Part shown: in pieces, positions 1 to 16,000 of the stretch
Numbering within the stretch: the first letter of the stretch is position 1
How the letters are laid out: every line of letters starts with the position of its first letter
Assembly (NCBI GenBank): GCA_000320545.1
Contig: ADNK01001814.1
Coordinates: 61,076 to 125,075, forward strand
Reading direction: 5' to 3'
DNA length: 64,000 nucleotides
Origin: Bigelowiella natans CCMP2755
Lineage: Eukaryota; Protista; Cercozoa
Notes under the pieces: generated by a model
Told to the model about the DNA's origin: nothing
The model's input: the letters and a program-made list of their open reading frames with translations, nothing else
The model's database searches: none
Program-made: the position numbers and the translations under genes

Positions 1-2142
1 GTAAACGCACACAATGCAAATACTCGCACGTGTATATTGTTTGTATGCAAGATAAGAAAGGCCTAATCTTTTATTATTTATCATTTGATTCGTTAAAGGA
101 TATACAGGGAGCATACCGAGTCGGTTCACGATGGTTATCAGAATAGGCGTTTTCAGAAGCCCAATCTCCGCAGCATGCATCTACTCCAATATTAGTGTTC
201 AAGATGAAAATACAATATTAGTCTGCGATAACTGATGATAATGATGATGATGATGATAAAGTCATATGTACAAAATCATACCTGTAAGAAGAGGTTGGAT
301 AGAAACGTCATAATTTTGAGCAGGAATGATGCATCCTTATAATGCTCCTTGATAGCATTACGAGCGAGCTAGTAGGCACAAATGTGTATTAGAAATAAAC
401 GATTGTGAACATACACATTTTGATAAAAATATGATTGACTATTAAACACTGAAATCCAATCAATTACCGTCACCGTCAAACCCTATCCCTCCCCCCCCCT
501 CTCTCTCTCTGCCACACCCACACGCACGCACAAACACACTCCGACCTCGCACGTCTTCTTCGCAATAGCAACACTAGCCTTGCTAGATGACGTCAACGCA
601 GTGAGAGCGGAGAAACAGTTTCTGCTCGGTAGACCGTTGTATAGCAATTAAAATGTAAATATTTCTGAGGCTAATCAAAATACGTTGAAACGCATATAAA
701 TAAAATATTCAATATGCTTTGGCCATATGGGTACGGCGACAACACATTGCCTTGCCTTAAAACTGGGATCTCATCCGGAAACTCAAGGACAATCTTCACG
801 ATGCGAGGAATCACTGTTGATGCAACCTAAATTTAAGGAATATTGCATGTATTTCCGTGTGTGCGGAGGCGTGTATTTATATACAGCTCATAACACATAA
901 AACTACGTTTATGTTGTATGCTGTTGCAGCACCTTCTCAGCAAGCTGTGGAATTGTGCATATTCGCTCGCATGTATGAAGATACTTATGAAGGAGCGGCA
1001 GTGTGTCAGAATACCTGAGCAAGAATGATGACGCCAAGTTTGAAATATTGGTTTGAGTGGACACAAGTACAGTTCTCTTTCGAAAAATATCAGGTATACA
1101 AAATTATGCATTAACAGCTATTTTGTTGCGTGGTAGTACGTTTCAACAAGCTCGGACATTTCCACCATTATCCTCGAGTTGGCCAAAGTACCTAGGATGT
1201 CATTTACATGTGAGGAGAATGAAAGGCATCTAAACAAGTCCATCCAATGTGTCACTTCGACCAAGTGCTCAGATGATAATTCGTGGATATAAACACAAAC
1301 TACTATACTTAAATCTTGATACGCGTAAGGCGATTGCCAAACAGTCATGTTAGCCGTTGATATTCATGGCTATAAATCCTTCCTTTCTCTTTTGTGGTAA
1401 GAAAATAACCCTCCTCCCTCCCTCGCATATTCATTCATTACTTAAATTAGCATTGTTGTGAGCCAGCGTCTCTACCAACCTGTATGTAGTAAGCATATTG
1501 CTGTGTACACGCATAATTTATGTGCAAAGGATAGTACATAAAATCTCGACTCGCATATGTGCAGGATCTTTGTGCGCGCAGATAAATAGTAATCATGGAA
1601 ATGTATCGCCAAATTTTTTTATCAAAAATTCTAATTTTGGGACCCGACTGCGCTGACGCAAAAGTGCTCATCATAGTTTAAATTGCCTGGGAAAATAAGG
1701 AAAAATGTTACGAGCTCCTTGGTCTCAAAACAAACTCTTGAAACCATCGCGAGAAAGCATTTAGTGAAAAATAAGCAGAAAACTTAAACTTTATCAGCAA
1801 TTTATCATCTTAGTTTTGGCGCCTTTGGCCGCTTACTGATTGCCTCCGAAATAGTGTCAACGAGTCCCATTCTTGTGATGATGTTTGATATTCCAATGTC
1901 TCTGTGCGTTTGTATTAATATGGTCGATAAGAAAACTAAACTTGCTTCTAATCGAGTCTCTTGGTCTCGTGCATTTACTTTGATACAATTGTTCATATTC
2001 AAAGCCTACATCAAAAAAACACAGATTTGCGAACGATGTATTACTTGGCAAATATGGCGAGGCAGTCCAACGCAGGAACCATCACGGCTGCATTATCTCC
2101 ATACCTGCAATACACCACAAGAAACGATTTTAAATAATATAA

Positions 2143-2182
<40 letters not shown>

Positions 2183-3956
2183 TGTTAAAATGTTTACATT
2201 AAAATATTAGTAAAACCTTGAAATGCAAGCAACCATTGATTTATGCGCGTTCTCTGCGATTATCATGCCCATCGCCTCTAGATAATCAGCCGAGAGAAGA
2301 TATCAACATCACATTTTGGGAAAAATTCCCGAAGTTTGACGTAAATTGCCTCACAGGTAAACGAAAACAGGAACTATTCTTAAGAGAACATCTGGGTTGG
2401 CACAAAATAATGGGTTAGCATATCTCACCCGTGTTCTTCGTAGCGTGTCTTGCTAGCCTGGAGTAGGAAGTGTGAGACGATTGACAAAGCAAACGCGCAC
2501 GAATCAACTATTATATCACATATGCTCGCTGTCTAGATATATGAGTGAACGAAAACGGTGACACGGTGACCCCACTCTGATGCACAGGAACACACAGCAG
2601 CACACACACGCATTCAATGCATTGACAAAAAGAAAATCAAAATGCGTTCAACGCTCCTACTCGCATGTTAAAGTAAATAGATAACATCCCTGTACTGATG
2701 TACTTGCTGCATATAGAAGTGGTTTGGTAATTCGATAAAGATCTCATATGCATCATGTTGGTACCGTTGAAAAACCCGAATCGCCGTAACGACAACATCG
2801 AGGCGCGTTTCATCTAGAAAAGCAACCATGGATTATGTATATCATGGATTATGTATCGCGTTTACAATGTGCGTGCAGCATATATTTCAATCGATTTCGT
2901 GTTTATTCTCCATATCTTCACATTTTGGCGTCGAAGTAATAATACATCGGTGAATAATCTATGGAAAATGCGCGTACACCTCGATCAAGGCACGGATTTA
3001 TGGCATGAATGACGCTGTGCTCCAGCAAACGATTTCCTGTTCGCGTTTTAGTGTGTGTGACGAATAAGCACATAAGATGGTATGGAAAATATGAAAATGA
3101 AAAGTGAATCTTTACCCGTTTTTGGATGCACGAGCTTAAGCAAGGCCTTTTTGAAACGATGATATTACGAGAAAGAATACATTTATTAATGGAAAATATA
3201 ATAATGCAAGAAGGGAATATAGTAAGGGCAAAGGAGTCACTTAGAAGAAGTCTCGCAATTTCTCAGCATACTACAATCCACAAGTCATTTTAGTCGGTCA
3301 TCATAATTTCTCGTTTGACAGACACCTGTAAGCATGCCTTGATGACGATGTCGTCGTCCGTGTTTGTGTACATCGTTGATATTACTAGTTGTTGAAGAGA
3401 AAGTGTGGAAGGAATGAATTAAAGGTTTTTAAAAAAAACTAATAACAATATCGAGATCTTGGGAATAGGCTCTTACCAGCTAGATCGCCCTCCAATCTTT
3501 CCGGAGAAAATAGCAGCCAGATAAAGCGGTTTTTCCAAAAATGAAAATAAATTTTGATTAGCGTACATATACGTTTCTGTATTGTAAACCGAAAATGCCG
3601 TTTTTGCTTACTTTACGATTATTTCTGCGTATTTAATCGAAAGCTTCGCCAGGTTCAGTAGGATGCCAACCTGGATTATTTAATTGTGCCAGAATGATGC
3701 AGATGGCGATGTTTATTAGTCAAGGATGCAATTCGGGAATTAGTAAACACTGATCTATAGGTGACTATGTGACTGATTCTCTTTCACCAAAGATTCAAAA
3801 GTAGTAATGTATCTTGCTCTCACGACCGTGTTGATAAAAAACCGAACGCTTCCATGAAGGTGGTTATTCTGTAGTAGTAGGTTAAAATATAGTGATATAT
3901 TTATTAGAACGAAACAGAAAAATCCAACAAAGCAAACGAAATGTACAATTTACAAG

Positions 3957-4006
<50 letters not shown>

Positions 4007-7000
4007 TGTGTGTGGTGCTTTATCCTCATACAGAGCAACATATTGCATATTCTACATGAATACAGGGTTGAAAATAGACGATTCTCTCTCTATCTCGTAC
4101 GTATCATGGAACTAACAAGTGCGTCGATGATAAGCTTCGGCCCTTTGTAACGCACAATGAGCGCACAGTTCACCTATAGCATTTTGCATACATATCGAGG
4201 ATACGTGGAGACTTGAGGTACAGCCAAAGTAATTTACGAACGATAGCATATCACTCACTATGTTCTTCTTCGAGCAAGTGCGTAGACAATAGCAGCACTT
4301 ATCGACCTAATATTCGAGTCGCATCATCCTTTTAGATGTCATTACAGTGTACGTGTTAGGGAACACGCTGAACTAGAGAAGAGTTTTGCAACCCTCTCTG
4401 TCAATAATTTAACCGCACCCTAAGATCATTCATATCAACATGCGAGACATTCATTACCAAATCTTCGTTGTGAGGGTATCTCCGAATGCAATCTAACACC
4501 ACCTGTAATTCATATTAATCAAATCCAGTTCTATATGATGTTTTCTCATCGAAAACATGAAGATAACAGACGATGCTGAATGCAGATGCCAAAGACAAAT
4601 CGTGACATATTAAGATATTTTTAATGCTTCATGGCACCTGTACACCTCCTAGCTCACCAATTATGTTTTGAAGATGCTCGTTTAAAGCCAAGTTCCCGAG
4701 CAAATGAGCGGCGTATTTCAGAAAATCTTTTATAGGGGAAGAATGTCATTGAGGACTACTAAAGTTGGGAATATAAATATTTATGATTAAACAACTAAAA
4801 TGTAAACTAGATATTTATTGCGTGCTAGGATAAACATTAATATGATGCTGAGGTGTGTAAGGATGTCTCGGGCATGCCTGGTTTGTCCATATTCTTTTTC
4901 ATTGCTTCAATAAGCGCTTTGATGTTCTTTTCTGTCGCAAGTTTCTCAGCCTTTTGAGTAGAGTATGGATAATGATTCAAAGCTATCTATATCATATGGA
5001 GAGCCCTTTCAGTAAAAGGGAGAACATAATCTCGATGAACGATACAATTTTAATATTGTTTGTTAATTATTTCAAACGTTATACGACATAAGACATACGA
5101 ATTGCTTGAGATTTGATATGCGCGTCAGCATCTTCACAGTTGGCAAAAGCATCGACATGTCATTCCCCTCTCCGATTATCTGAAACGGCAATCTTAGTAT
5201 GATTGAACATCGCACAAATCAACTCTTAATAGTGGCATTTCCCAAGACCAAAAACTTTACAAACCAAATTATCGAAACATCTAAAAATATTCACATGCAC
5301 AAGGCATTCGTAAAGGACCTTCAGCAAAGCATCGCCAAGATCTCCCGTAGAGAGAGATTCAATCAACACATCTTTGTAGTAGCAGAGTAATTAGAATAAT
5401 TAGAATAATCAGTAATCGTTTCGCTGACTGTAATAAAATGGAAAAGAATCAATGCGGCAAATTTCCCACCATAATAAGCAACATACACTATTCCGTATTC
5501 ATAAAAAACGAATCGCACGGGAAGAGCTATCCCTGCACTTGCCAACGCTAGAATTCACGATATATAATGTATAGTATTGTATCTACAACGTACTGGTGGA
5601 AGGAGCACGCATATTCGCTTCAACATCAACCTTTGTCCGCGGTAATGCTGAGGAGTGCCTCCATTGAGTTCGAAAGCCTATCGACTTCAAAGTCAAATTT
5701 GTCGATCTATAGTAGTAGCAGCACACTCAATATAAGAACGCAATACTGGTGGGGAGGAGGAGGGGGGGGGAGGGGGGGGGAAGAGGGCGAGCAAAAGCAA
5801 GCGCAGTGACCTTGGTATCATCGAATATACGGAGAAGGGATGCACGAGTCTGAATGCAATGGAGTGTTAGTGAAGAGGTATATGGTTGGTGTGTATCAAT
5901 GTTTGCTTTTATAAAATATTTGGTAGTGCTGTTTGTTGCGTTGGGTCTGCCTTTCCATCCGTTTTGACGTCTACGAAGCTATCGAGATCTCCCAGAGCGG
6001 CATCAAAGCACAGCACCTTATGAAAAGCATTAAAATGAGTAATGTATGGGGACGCATATGTATGCTCAGGTGTATTCTCATACGCACCAAACTCATGGCT
6101 AAATATGAAAATTTCAGCTTTGTTTTCAACTTGTAGTTACGTTTACTGAACATACCGCTGCATTAAAGGCGTCATCGGAGACATTAGGATCCAAAATCAC
6201 ATTCCTTAGACTCTCAATGCCTACGGAGATACATGCTGTTCCATACGAGAATGTGTTTCACAATCACGAGATAATATACCGCCTCCTTCAATGAAGAGCT
6301 CAAGATTTTCTTGCACTCCTATAAACGACATCGATTCATATGTGATAAACCGGTCGGTACAGATGCATATATATGTCGACTGACCGATGAGAGCTAACAA
6401 ATCCATAAAGGCTTCAGGATCGGGATTATTGAAATCAATGCCTGTAACAAGAGTAACAAGATAAAGATAATGAGTCCATTTCCAGTAAAGCAATTGATTT
6501 TTCCTTATTAAACATTCTCATAGAATTCAACCTGCTTGGCAGCAACTAAATGTCGATTTACATCGAAGGACTAAACTCGAAATGTACTCTCTTCAATTTT
6601 TCGTAAAACCAGTCATTTGCTATTTGCTACGTTCTTTAATCTATAAATGACTATTCTCATGAAAATACACAATTGTAACCCTAGACTGTAGAGGTGAAAG
6701 TACAAGTCTTAATAACATCGAGATCATTAGTCATTAAGATTAAGATGGAGCATTTTTCTTTTTCATCAGCAATACTTTGGAGAATGAAGTCCATCTCCTC
6801 GGGAGTGAGTTGCTTTTCGCCTTTTTTGGCCCTAACATTATGTTTGAGAGATTCTTACGTCAAAACAGTCGATTGGGTACGGAAGGAGGGATTACGGGGC
6901 ACTGGAAAATCAAGGTTGGATCTATAGCAAGGCTTTTATGAATGTTGTAAACGATACACAAGACATACAACACCATATTATGGATAGCGGCATCTCATTG

Positions 7001-8740
7001 AAGATAACGTCTTTGGTGCGCTCGCTCACCGCACCCCCTAATGTTTCTTATGCGTTTGCAATGCATGCGATCAATCCAACCGACCGTCGTTCTTCGGCCT
7101 CTTTGCGCGCTGATTCTAAGAGCCTTTCCGCATCCTTTTCAGCCTCCGATGCAGCTTTCTGATGTATCATGTAAATTATGTATTATATATAAATCATGTA
7201 GACAATTTTAATAAAAGCTCAAAAACGTCACACTATTCTTATTCTGTTTCTATAATCCAACATTCACTGTCGATACCTCTGCATATCGCGCGAGACGTGT
7301 GAGAGATCGAATCGCTGATTCTGCCAACACCTAATTCATGTTGAGATATTCATTGAAGAATAAAGGTCTCGATATCGCTGAATAGCAGCCTTTGCCTTAC
7401 TTTGTCCCTGTCGCTGTACGCTTGTGCTGCCCATCCGAGCAGTTTTGCTATCAAGGGTCCTTTTAATACGCACAATACAGACATATATGTCAAGTTTAAA
7501 AAGAGGAATAGCGAAAATGGAGAAATATGGGAAAGGGAATTATAAGGATGATAATGACTGATTGAGGATAAAGAACACGACGAGGAAAGACCCGAAAAAC
7601 AACATGAAATGACCACTATACATTCATGTTTATGAAAGGTAAATAATCAAATTAGTGTCATCATCTTCTTATAAAATACTACTCAAATGAAAATCTGCGT
7701 GCTCAACAGCAATCATCACAATCACCATCATCCTCTACAAGGCAACAACCGTTTTTCAAGAAATACTGCATCGAGGCATTATTAAGGGACATTTTCTCCA
7801 GAAGAATGATCTACTCAAAAAAACAATGCGAGATTATTCCACATCCTATACCATCATCTCATGCCTTCATCGAAATCACAAAAGGTCACCTCCGCTTTGA
7901 CAACATCGGGCACATTATAGAGCTTTCGAATCGACTTCGTGAGCGTCTCCTGTATAAACCCGAAATGCACAGTGAGGGATGATCAATAGTTAGCAATTAT
8001 GTATTTTGGCGCTGCACTACCACAAGGTCATCCTCCACGTACTGAATCAGCAAATCTGATCATAAAAGAAGCTTTCAAGCTTTCGTATGCAAGCTGTGAA
8101 ATGCGTTGATTATTTGTGTATTCCTATGCGTCTATTATCAAACTTACTGCTATCACTACTTTTATAACTGCTATACACTACCATCATCCTGTGCTGCTAG
8201 TTTGTCCAATAACGCGACAGCTGAACGAGCAATGTGACCATTGCCTGAAGTTATTCATGATGATCATTTTCCATTCGAAGCACATATATTTACGTACATA
8301 TAATGTGAATATCAATACATGTAGAGGAAATTTTAATTTTATAATCGTCATATTGTTTGAAACTTTGGGCTGTCAAATGATGTAATGTGCCTCTATGTTT
8401 TCATATAAATTTGATAGTAAACATGCACTAAACCTGGGTTTTCCTTAACAAGCTTCATTACGACATCGTGTGCTGCCATTGACAGTAGCACATCCACGCC
8501 TTTAATTAGAGCGTAGTATTAGATGCATGTTGGACGCATTACCACACACAGAAATTAACACAATTTTAGTTGTTCATTCTCTGTATTATTAAGTGCTTAA
8601 ATTTAAATATGGGTTTTTGGCCTTCGTTCTCCAACCATTATCATCTTAAATGTGGGGGTTTTAATGTTACCCTTCTCTGTATTAGAGACTTTGAGGAGAT
8701 ATTGAAGACCTTCTATGATTTGAGCGTTGGAATCGCTGTA

Positions 8741-8781
<41 letters not shown>

Positions 8782-11146
8782 TATAAATATATTGTGTATA
8801 CATGAAAATCTATTGTTGTCGTGCGAGCTAAATTAGAATTATGTTCTCTACTACCTTGAAGCAAGAGATGATAGCGTTAGATCGACCTGAGTGAACATTT
8901 AGATTAATTCTACTAAAATTCAGATGTTATCGACTGTCATGCTGTTATGCTGCGTCTTTATAACAGAGACTCAAAGATGTGGAATACGCACAAAATACCA
9001 ATTTCTTCACATCTTTGTCCTTATCTCCTCTCCTAGCTCCAAGCTTCAGCACCATCTATATCCCGTAGTTGTGTGAAGAAAGTTAAAAAATTATACGTGA
9101 CATAAGTTCAAATCGGCCTCTCCCAATTACTAGTATTCAGTGTGTCAAAGTGTCAAAGTCATCAATCAACACTTTTGCACATAGCTTTGACTCAAGAACG
9201 CGACATTCAGAGTGGAGTGTTGCAGGACAACCAACCGCTTGGATGTTCCCCAGAATGAGGTCATCATCATCGAATATCTGCCCGAGATCCATGATCTTCT
9301 TCATGGTGCCGTCATGAATCATCTCCAGACTTATTAGTAGACATCAACCGAGGAATTAAGTTAAATCAAAGTGCGCGCATCGTCGCAAAGCATGTATTTG
9401 CATGTGAAACTAGTTTATGTGCTCATAGTATATCTAACGACGATTCAAGAGCCAACTTAATTTCCCCCTGCCCCTCGCTAAACTTACTACTAGGCCATCC
9501 TCACCCGTTTGGAGCATTCAGCGCAAGATGCTTGAAAAACTCCGTTGCCAGTGCTGCTAATACCTACCGATATTTGCATGTAAGAATAGGAGCTATCACT
9601 ATATCAAACACCACGAGATTTGAATAGTGAATTCTATAGTCAACCTTGTCTTTTGATCTTTTGGACACAACAGCTGCAATTTCCTTGTGCAACCCAAATT
9701 TAATGATCGCCTCGCAAATTTTCCCCTTAAAACAATGTGGGCACAGTGAAAAATACGGGGCTGATATTTAGAGCACATTTAGGAAATTTAGCCCCATATT
9801 GTTGCATGCCCCATATCAGAAAGCGACGCTTCTGCATCTGGAGAAAACTCCAGTTTCTTGTCAACAACCTTTCTATTTCCTCGTCCATTTACTACAATGA
9901 TGAAATGAATCAAACCTGGCCGTCATGAGCCGCCATATGCGATAGCGTTTGGACAAGCGAATGGAGGATCTCTTGCGTTTCAGGAGTGTTTGGTAGTGAG
10001 GCAACAACTTCGATGCCTATAAGCGAGCATGGTGAGTTATTGATTAGTGATTTTCAGTTTGGAAACATCTGATATAAAGAGACATAAATGCGCCAACCCA
10101 AAGAGTGCGTAATGAGTTACAGTGCAAAAAAAGAAAGAGTGTATGCCAGTTGAAGAAACAATTACCATCGGACAACAAAGCGAGTGCTCCGCCTTTGAAT
10201 AGGATATTACTGGGATATTGGTAAACAAAACTTGGTTAGTTGTAGCAAATTTATCGTATTTTATACACAAAGAAGCACTGTAATTAATATCTATAAGCGG
10301 CTAATGACTTATCTTAAAGACTTGTTACAGCGATATGTTGTGCTAGATAGCCTACTCTTTAACTCTGTGAAGAGTACATTCTTACCAATTGTCATCGAGG
10401 TTACTAAGTGCCGCCATCAGCTTCGATAATGGCACAAGATCGCTCAATCTGGTTTTAATAGTTTGAAAACGTGCAACAATTAATTGATGGTGCAAGATTG
10501 ACATAATGATATAATGATTCCGTGTCGCCAAGATAAAATTCTTTCCGTGTTGTAGATAATTCAAACACTCGAACCCCCTTCTCCCCCTCCATCCCTTCCT
10601 CTCCCCACCCCCCCCCTTAGGTAATTTGAAGTATCTCGTCCTTAACGAAGTTTTCATGTTATATCAAAAAGGCAACCCAGAAAGATCCATTTGCTTCAAG
10701 CTACCAACAGCGTCCTTCATTTCACAAAGATGCCTACTCCAACATCATGTATGCGCGTCGTATTTTTCCACAAATTAGATGTTAACGATTATTATTCTAC
10801 TACTATAAGCAGACTTGGATGTATTCTTATCACTGAACAGAGCTATTGATCAAACACACCCGAGAATGTCCTTTTCCGACACTAGCTTTCCTGCAACTTC
10901 GGCCGATAGCTTGCAAAGGGCCGGATTTGATTTGTGCAATTTGAAGAGTTTTAACACCTTTTACGAGTATGGTGATATTGCAAGCTTAGCGGAGGGAATA
11001 TTATGGTGAGGAGTAGAGAGGGGCACTCTCAGTTGGCCAAACTGGCCACACTGGCCATGAGAAGAATTACTGTGTTAAGGGCTTACGGTTTGAATTGCGG
11101 ACATTTGTTTGAGTATTTTGAGAGCCTGATATAGATAATTAACAAA

Positions 11147-11189
<43 letters not shown>

Positions 11190-11252
11190 CGTACGTACTC
11201 GCAGATTTAGAAATTTCCTCCTCTGCTTAGTTATGTTTTCAATTTGTCATAA

Positions 11253-11302
<50 letters not shown>

Positions 11303-14300
11303 CTCTCCCTTAATATGTACTTTTGGAGAGCGATTGATGATTTCTTGAAGGAGGGATAGCCCTTCATTGACGACTCTAATACAAAGTAAAAGGCGTGATC
11401 TTTCATTCTTCAACATTATGCAATTATCGTGAATTAATGAGATAAACAAGAAAATGGGGAAATGTCGTTGCGTTGTGGGGTAGAGCTTGTCGATCTTTCA
11501 TTGAAGTCAACCTTGGCTCCATGATGTGCCGATTTAAGGTATCTGTAATTAGGTAACAGCGTATTTAATTATAGGTGAAGAGTGAAAAGAAAGCAGGATA
11601 TAAACCATGTACTTGAATGGAGGAGTGATCGGAGAAATAGTAATCAAATATTATTATTTAGCTTCCTATCGAGGGAAAAGAACAGTCTCTCTTTCATTCA
11701 TATTTCTCATTAATTCTCTCCCCTTCCGTATACATATTCTGTATACAGGGACGTATATTTACATTTCTTCCTTTTCACATTAATACCAGAAATTGCAATT
11801 TGTACCCATGATTTGCTTAAGGCCTTCTGATTGTATGATGAGTTCAATCGCTTCTTCTCCTGTGCTCTTAACTGCCATACTTAGGAAGGCAAGTCCTCTT
11901 GGAGAAGGATATAAAAATATGGTAGGGGAGAGGAGAGGGGGGGATTTTTAGGTCGAGTAGAAAATGTATATTTTCATATAAGATATTATCCAGAATAAAC
12001 GCACACACATACACACACATGTAGTAATTTACAATCAATGTTGTTGATTTATGCGCGTGTGCTGTGTGTTTGTGTGTGTGTTTGTGTATGTACTGCAAAA
12101 CAATGATTAGTTATCGAAAGTTTATCTCTACTTCCTTGCAATTTGTGGATTCTCATCGCCGTGGGCCTTGAGAATAGAAAGCACTTTCGCAATGGCGGCT
12201 AATCGCAATAAATATACAAACATTGTTTCAGAAACACATGTGTACAAAAGATATTAAATCGCTGCAATTCCAAACATCACTCATATCGAAGAAAATCTAC
12301 CACAACGTAATCGCCCACCTACCTTTTCCAATAATATGAGCGATGAGATCATCGGTCTTAGAGAGCGCTACGAGTACATCCAGCGCCTTCTCAGCTACGA
12401 TCGAACTGTAATATTATATATATAATATGTATTATACACACATATTGGCAAAAATGCATGAATATTTCTATGCTCAATGGAAATTTATGATAAGAAAATT
12501 GTAGTCTTTTGAACGTATTTTCCTTCCTTTGCGTCATGTCCGATTTTACATGCCATGAGTACGGGTTGGACTACCTATTTTTCTGGATCTTGAGCATTGC
12601 GAAGATGCTATCGACAGCACCCAGTCTATGTGTAAGGGAAAACAATCAAATGTTTTCGAATCGAATTTTGCTAAAATCGTAGACTGCCAGTATCATCTCC
12701 TTTTATTTCTCTCCATATATATTTATCTATATTTTTCTCTCTTCTCCTCCCTCCTTATTACACGGAATATAGGCTTCCTATTAGCCAGTATATATATTGA
12801 AGAACGGTAAGGTAGTATGCATACTCAGAATGTTTACTCCTCCACCCTCAATCTACCCCACCCCCTCTTTCTCCTTATTATCTCCTCACTTGACGATGTA
12901 ATCGCAGTTTTCTTTGCGAGAGGACAAAGCTGCCAATGCCGCGATTGAAGCCGCAACCTGTGTTGTGGAAGGGCGCTTGAATGCTTGAATAGGTTTATAA
13001 GATGCATCAGCTGTTGTGGAAGATTCAAACTTATAGAAGTAATATTGGGGATGGTAATGTTCTCTGCTTAACGGAAAAGAAGCAGTGTTGTCTTGAAACA
13101 ATTTTTACTACGGCGTATTCTCTCGCGGTATTTTTTTATGTCAAAGCATATATATGGATATTCGAGCCTCTTTTCTAAAGAGGCTTTCGTGCTTCTTCGC
13201 TACGATACGCATCGTTTTCCATGCCATATATATCAACCAGTTCCTGATCTCGGTTGTGCTTGGAAAGCGTGTTGAGAATGATCTTCACCCCTTGATACGC
13301 AGGCATGTAAGAAATATTGAGGTGCATGTGTAATGCAGGTGTAGATTGATTAATGTGCATTGCATGTTTGCATTCGAACTAGGGATCCCAGCATATAAGC
13401 TGCGACAGTACTTGCGTTGGATTCTCATTGATTGCCAGTAGTTCGTTCTGGTGAAAGATGTTGTTTTTAAATTATAGGAGTACCGTTGTGTTTGATTATC
13501 TCATACACATTCTTCTCGTCGTTAGCCTGGTGGATAAAGCATATATGTAACAATGTTAGCGATGGTACAATCAATACGAATAGAAAATTTGTGTGATTGT
13601 GTATGCGTGTGTGCGTGTGAGTGTGTGCGGAGCACCATTCTCTCCAAAGCGCGCATTCCGTTTATCATAAACCTTAAACGCAACGTACACAACCAAACCA
13701 TCTTAACAAAGCCGTGAAATGAAACAGAGCGATTGAGAGATGGAGAAGAGCAGAGAAAAGAAGGCGAAAGAATGTATGCTACACATGCCATCATTGTTTC
13801 ATCTAACGATAATGGCCTACCTTGTCTCATCCATCGAAAGCTGATGTTTTGCATCCACTAGGCTCCGAAGGACGGAGGTTATCAAGGGCACTCTTAACCA
13901 TTAACCAAAGAAATGTCAATAGGGTTATACAAATATTTCAGCATTTTTTAATGCCGATTCAGGTCGTATTATAAAAGTGCGTGAAATGAAGCCTCACCCC
14001 CCGTTCTTAATGAGATAGTCCACATTCGATCCAACCAAGGCAAGAGCGCCTATTTGTTGTTATTAGCACCACTAAGCTTTGCGAAGCTATCTAACATTAT
14101 TTCATGGAAAGGCTCCGAGCCAAAGCAACTATAAAACATGATGTTCGCAGAGTATACGTATTGTTGTGTATGTGTGTGTAGTTGTGCCTCTATATGTGTA
14201 GGTGAATGTTTCGCTTCGCAAACAATTATCATGTATTTCCATGCTACATGAAATCACAAAATGCCTAGCGAAGAATCGCTTAATCCATGTTTTATCGCGA

Positions 14301-14595
14301 CTATTACCAACTGTCGCCATTGCATTGGGATCTAGCTTCCTATAAGATAACAATATAGTTTTTCAATCAAATCACAGAATTCCCACCATCGATTCTCTCC
14401 CTTGCACAATCATCATTACTTGAGCAGTAGCAGCGCCTTTTCCAACTCCGCTGTAGTTCCTGCGCATTTATTAATGGATCCAACCGAATCAACTTTTCCT
14501 TCTTAAAAGCCCGTGATATATCGTAGAATGTGACGTAATTCGTATCAATAATATATATGTATTTTTATCGGCCGGTCGCACCGTATTATATAGAT

Positions 14596-14628
<33 letters not shown>

Positions 14629-15332
14629 CACCGAGATTCTTCAAAGCCTCTGCTCCCAATTCTGAGATAATTAACAATAAAGGGTATCATCGTTGCATGT
14701 GTACTGTGGGTATGGGTGTATGTATTTTATGCATACGTCTATACATGCGGAATCTAGACAACGACGAAGCCGTTGAATATTAAGCAAAGTAGTTTATCCG
14801 ATGTATAGAAGCAGATCATTCAGAGGCGATTCATGACATCACACACAAATTACTTAGAAGCTCCACATCGTAGGGGTTACGCTCCAACGCCCTCACCAAA
14901 GTCCCAACAGCCTTTGCAGTGATGCGATATTTTACGTTAAGCAAGTTTGGCCATTTGGTACAATGGTATTTACAACGACCGGAAGGTATGCGTTGAGCAA
15001 AATCCCAATCATAAAATTTGAAAACCTCTATAAACGTCGATTATCGATAGTCTTACGCTTTGATTAACATTGCTACAACGTGGCCAAATCAAATGGCAAG
15101 AATATGCCATAACCATCATCATGGTTAGTGATGATTTGATGACTATGAAGCGTCCTACCCCCATTCGTTTGAGAGTGTCGTTGAATTCAGGGTTGAGTTT
15201 GGAGAGAATTGCTAGGATTTCGGTGGCTCTTTTGAGGAGAAGTGTGTGCTGTGGATGTAGATTCATCGCGCCTGTTGTATTCAATGTCAAGTACATGTGT
15301 GTGCGGCGTTCACATATGCATGTATATTTATC

Positions 15333-15369
<37 letters not shown>

Positions 15370-15635
15370 CATATATACTATAATGATTTCAGAATTTTCG
15401 ACAATAAGATATAATGATGAACAAACCCAGAATGTGCGTCATTAGACCGCTCTCAATTATACGCCTATCCAGATCAACACAACATAACAGACGAGGAGGT
15501 ATTATCAATTTATCATTAAATCAGTTGGGTTAAGGGAGGCATACGAGGAAAAGGCTGGATGCTGCTTTAGAAGCGTGTTGGCGACCTATGATCATACATA
15601 TTGAAGATACACAGCAAGATCTACTCTGCTATCAC

Positions 15636-15671
<36 letters not shown>

Positions 15672-15781
15672 CTTTGCATATGCGAGTTTGTGTTTTTACG
15701 CGTTTGTGTTGGAATTGAGTAACTACCTTAGTGCAGGCAGCTACGACATCACCTGTTGCATTAATGAGGTCCATATATACC

Positions 15782-15824
<43 letters not shown>

Positions 15825-15961
15825 TCAATCCCGTGGGTGTGAGTGCGAGTTTATGTGTTTGTGTTAGTATCGAGATGGTGGGGGGTCGTTTCATTTTGTG
15901 CGTGAATCTTGAGCGCGCGCATCTCTACATTTACGACTCCAAACATTTAAGCGGTTCATGT

Positions 15962-16000
<39 letters not shown>
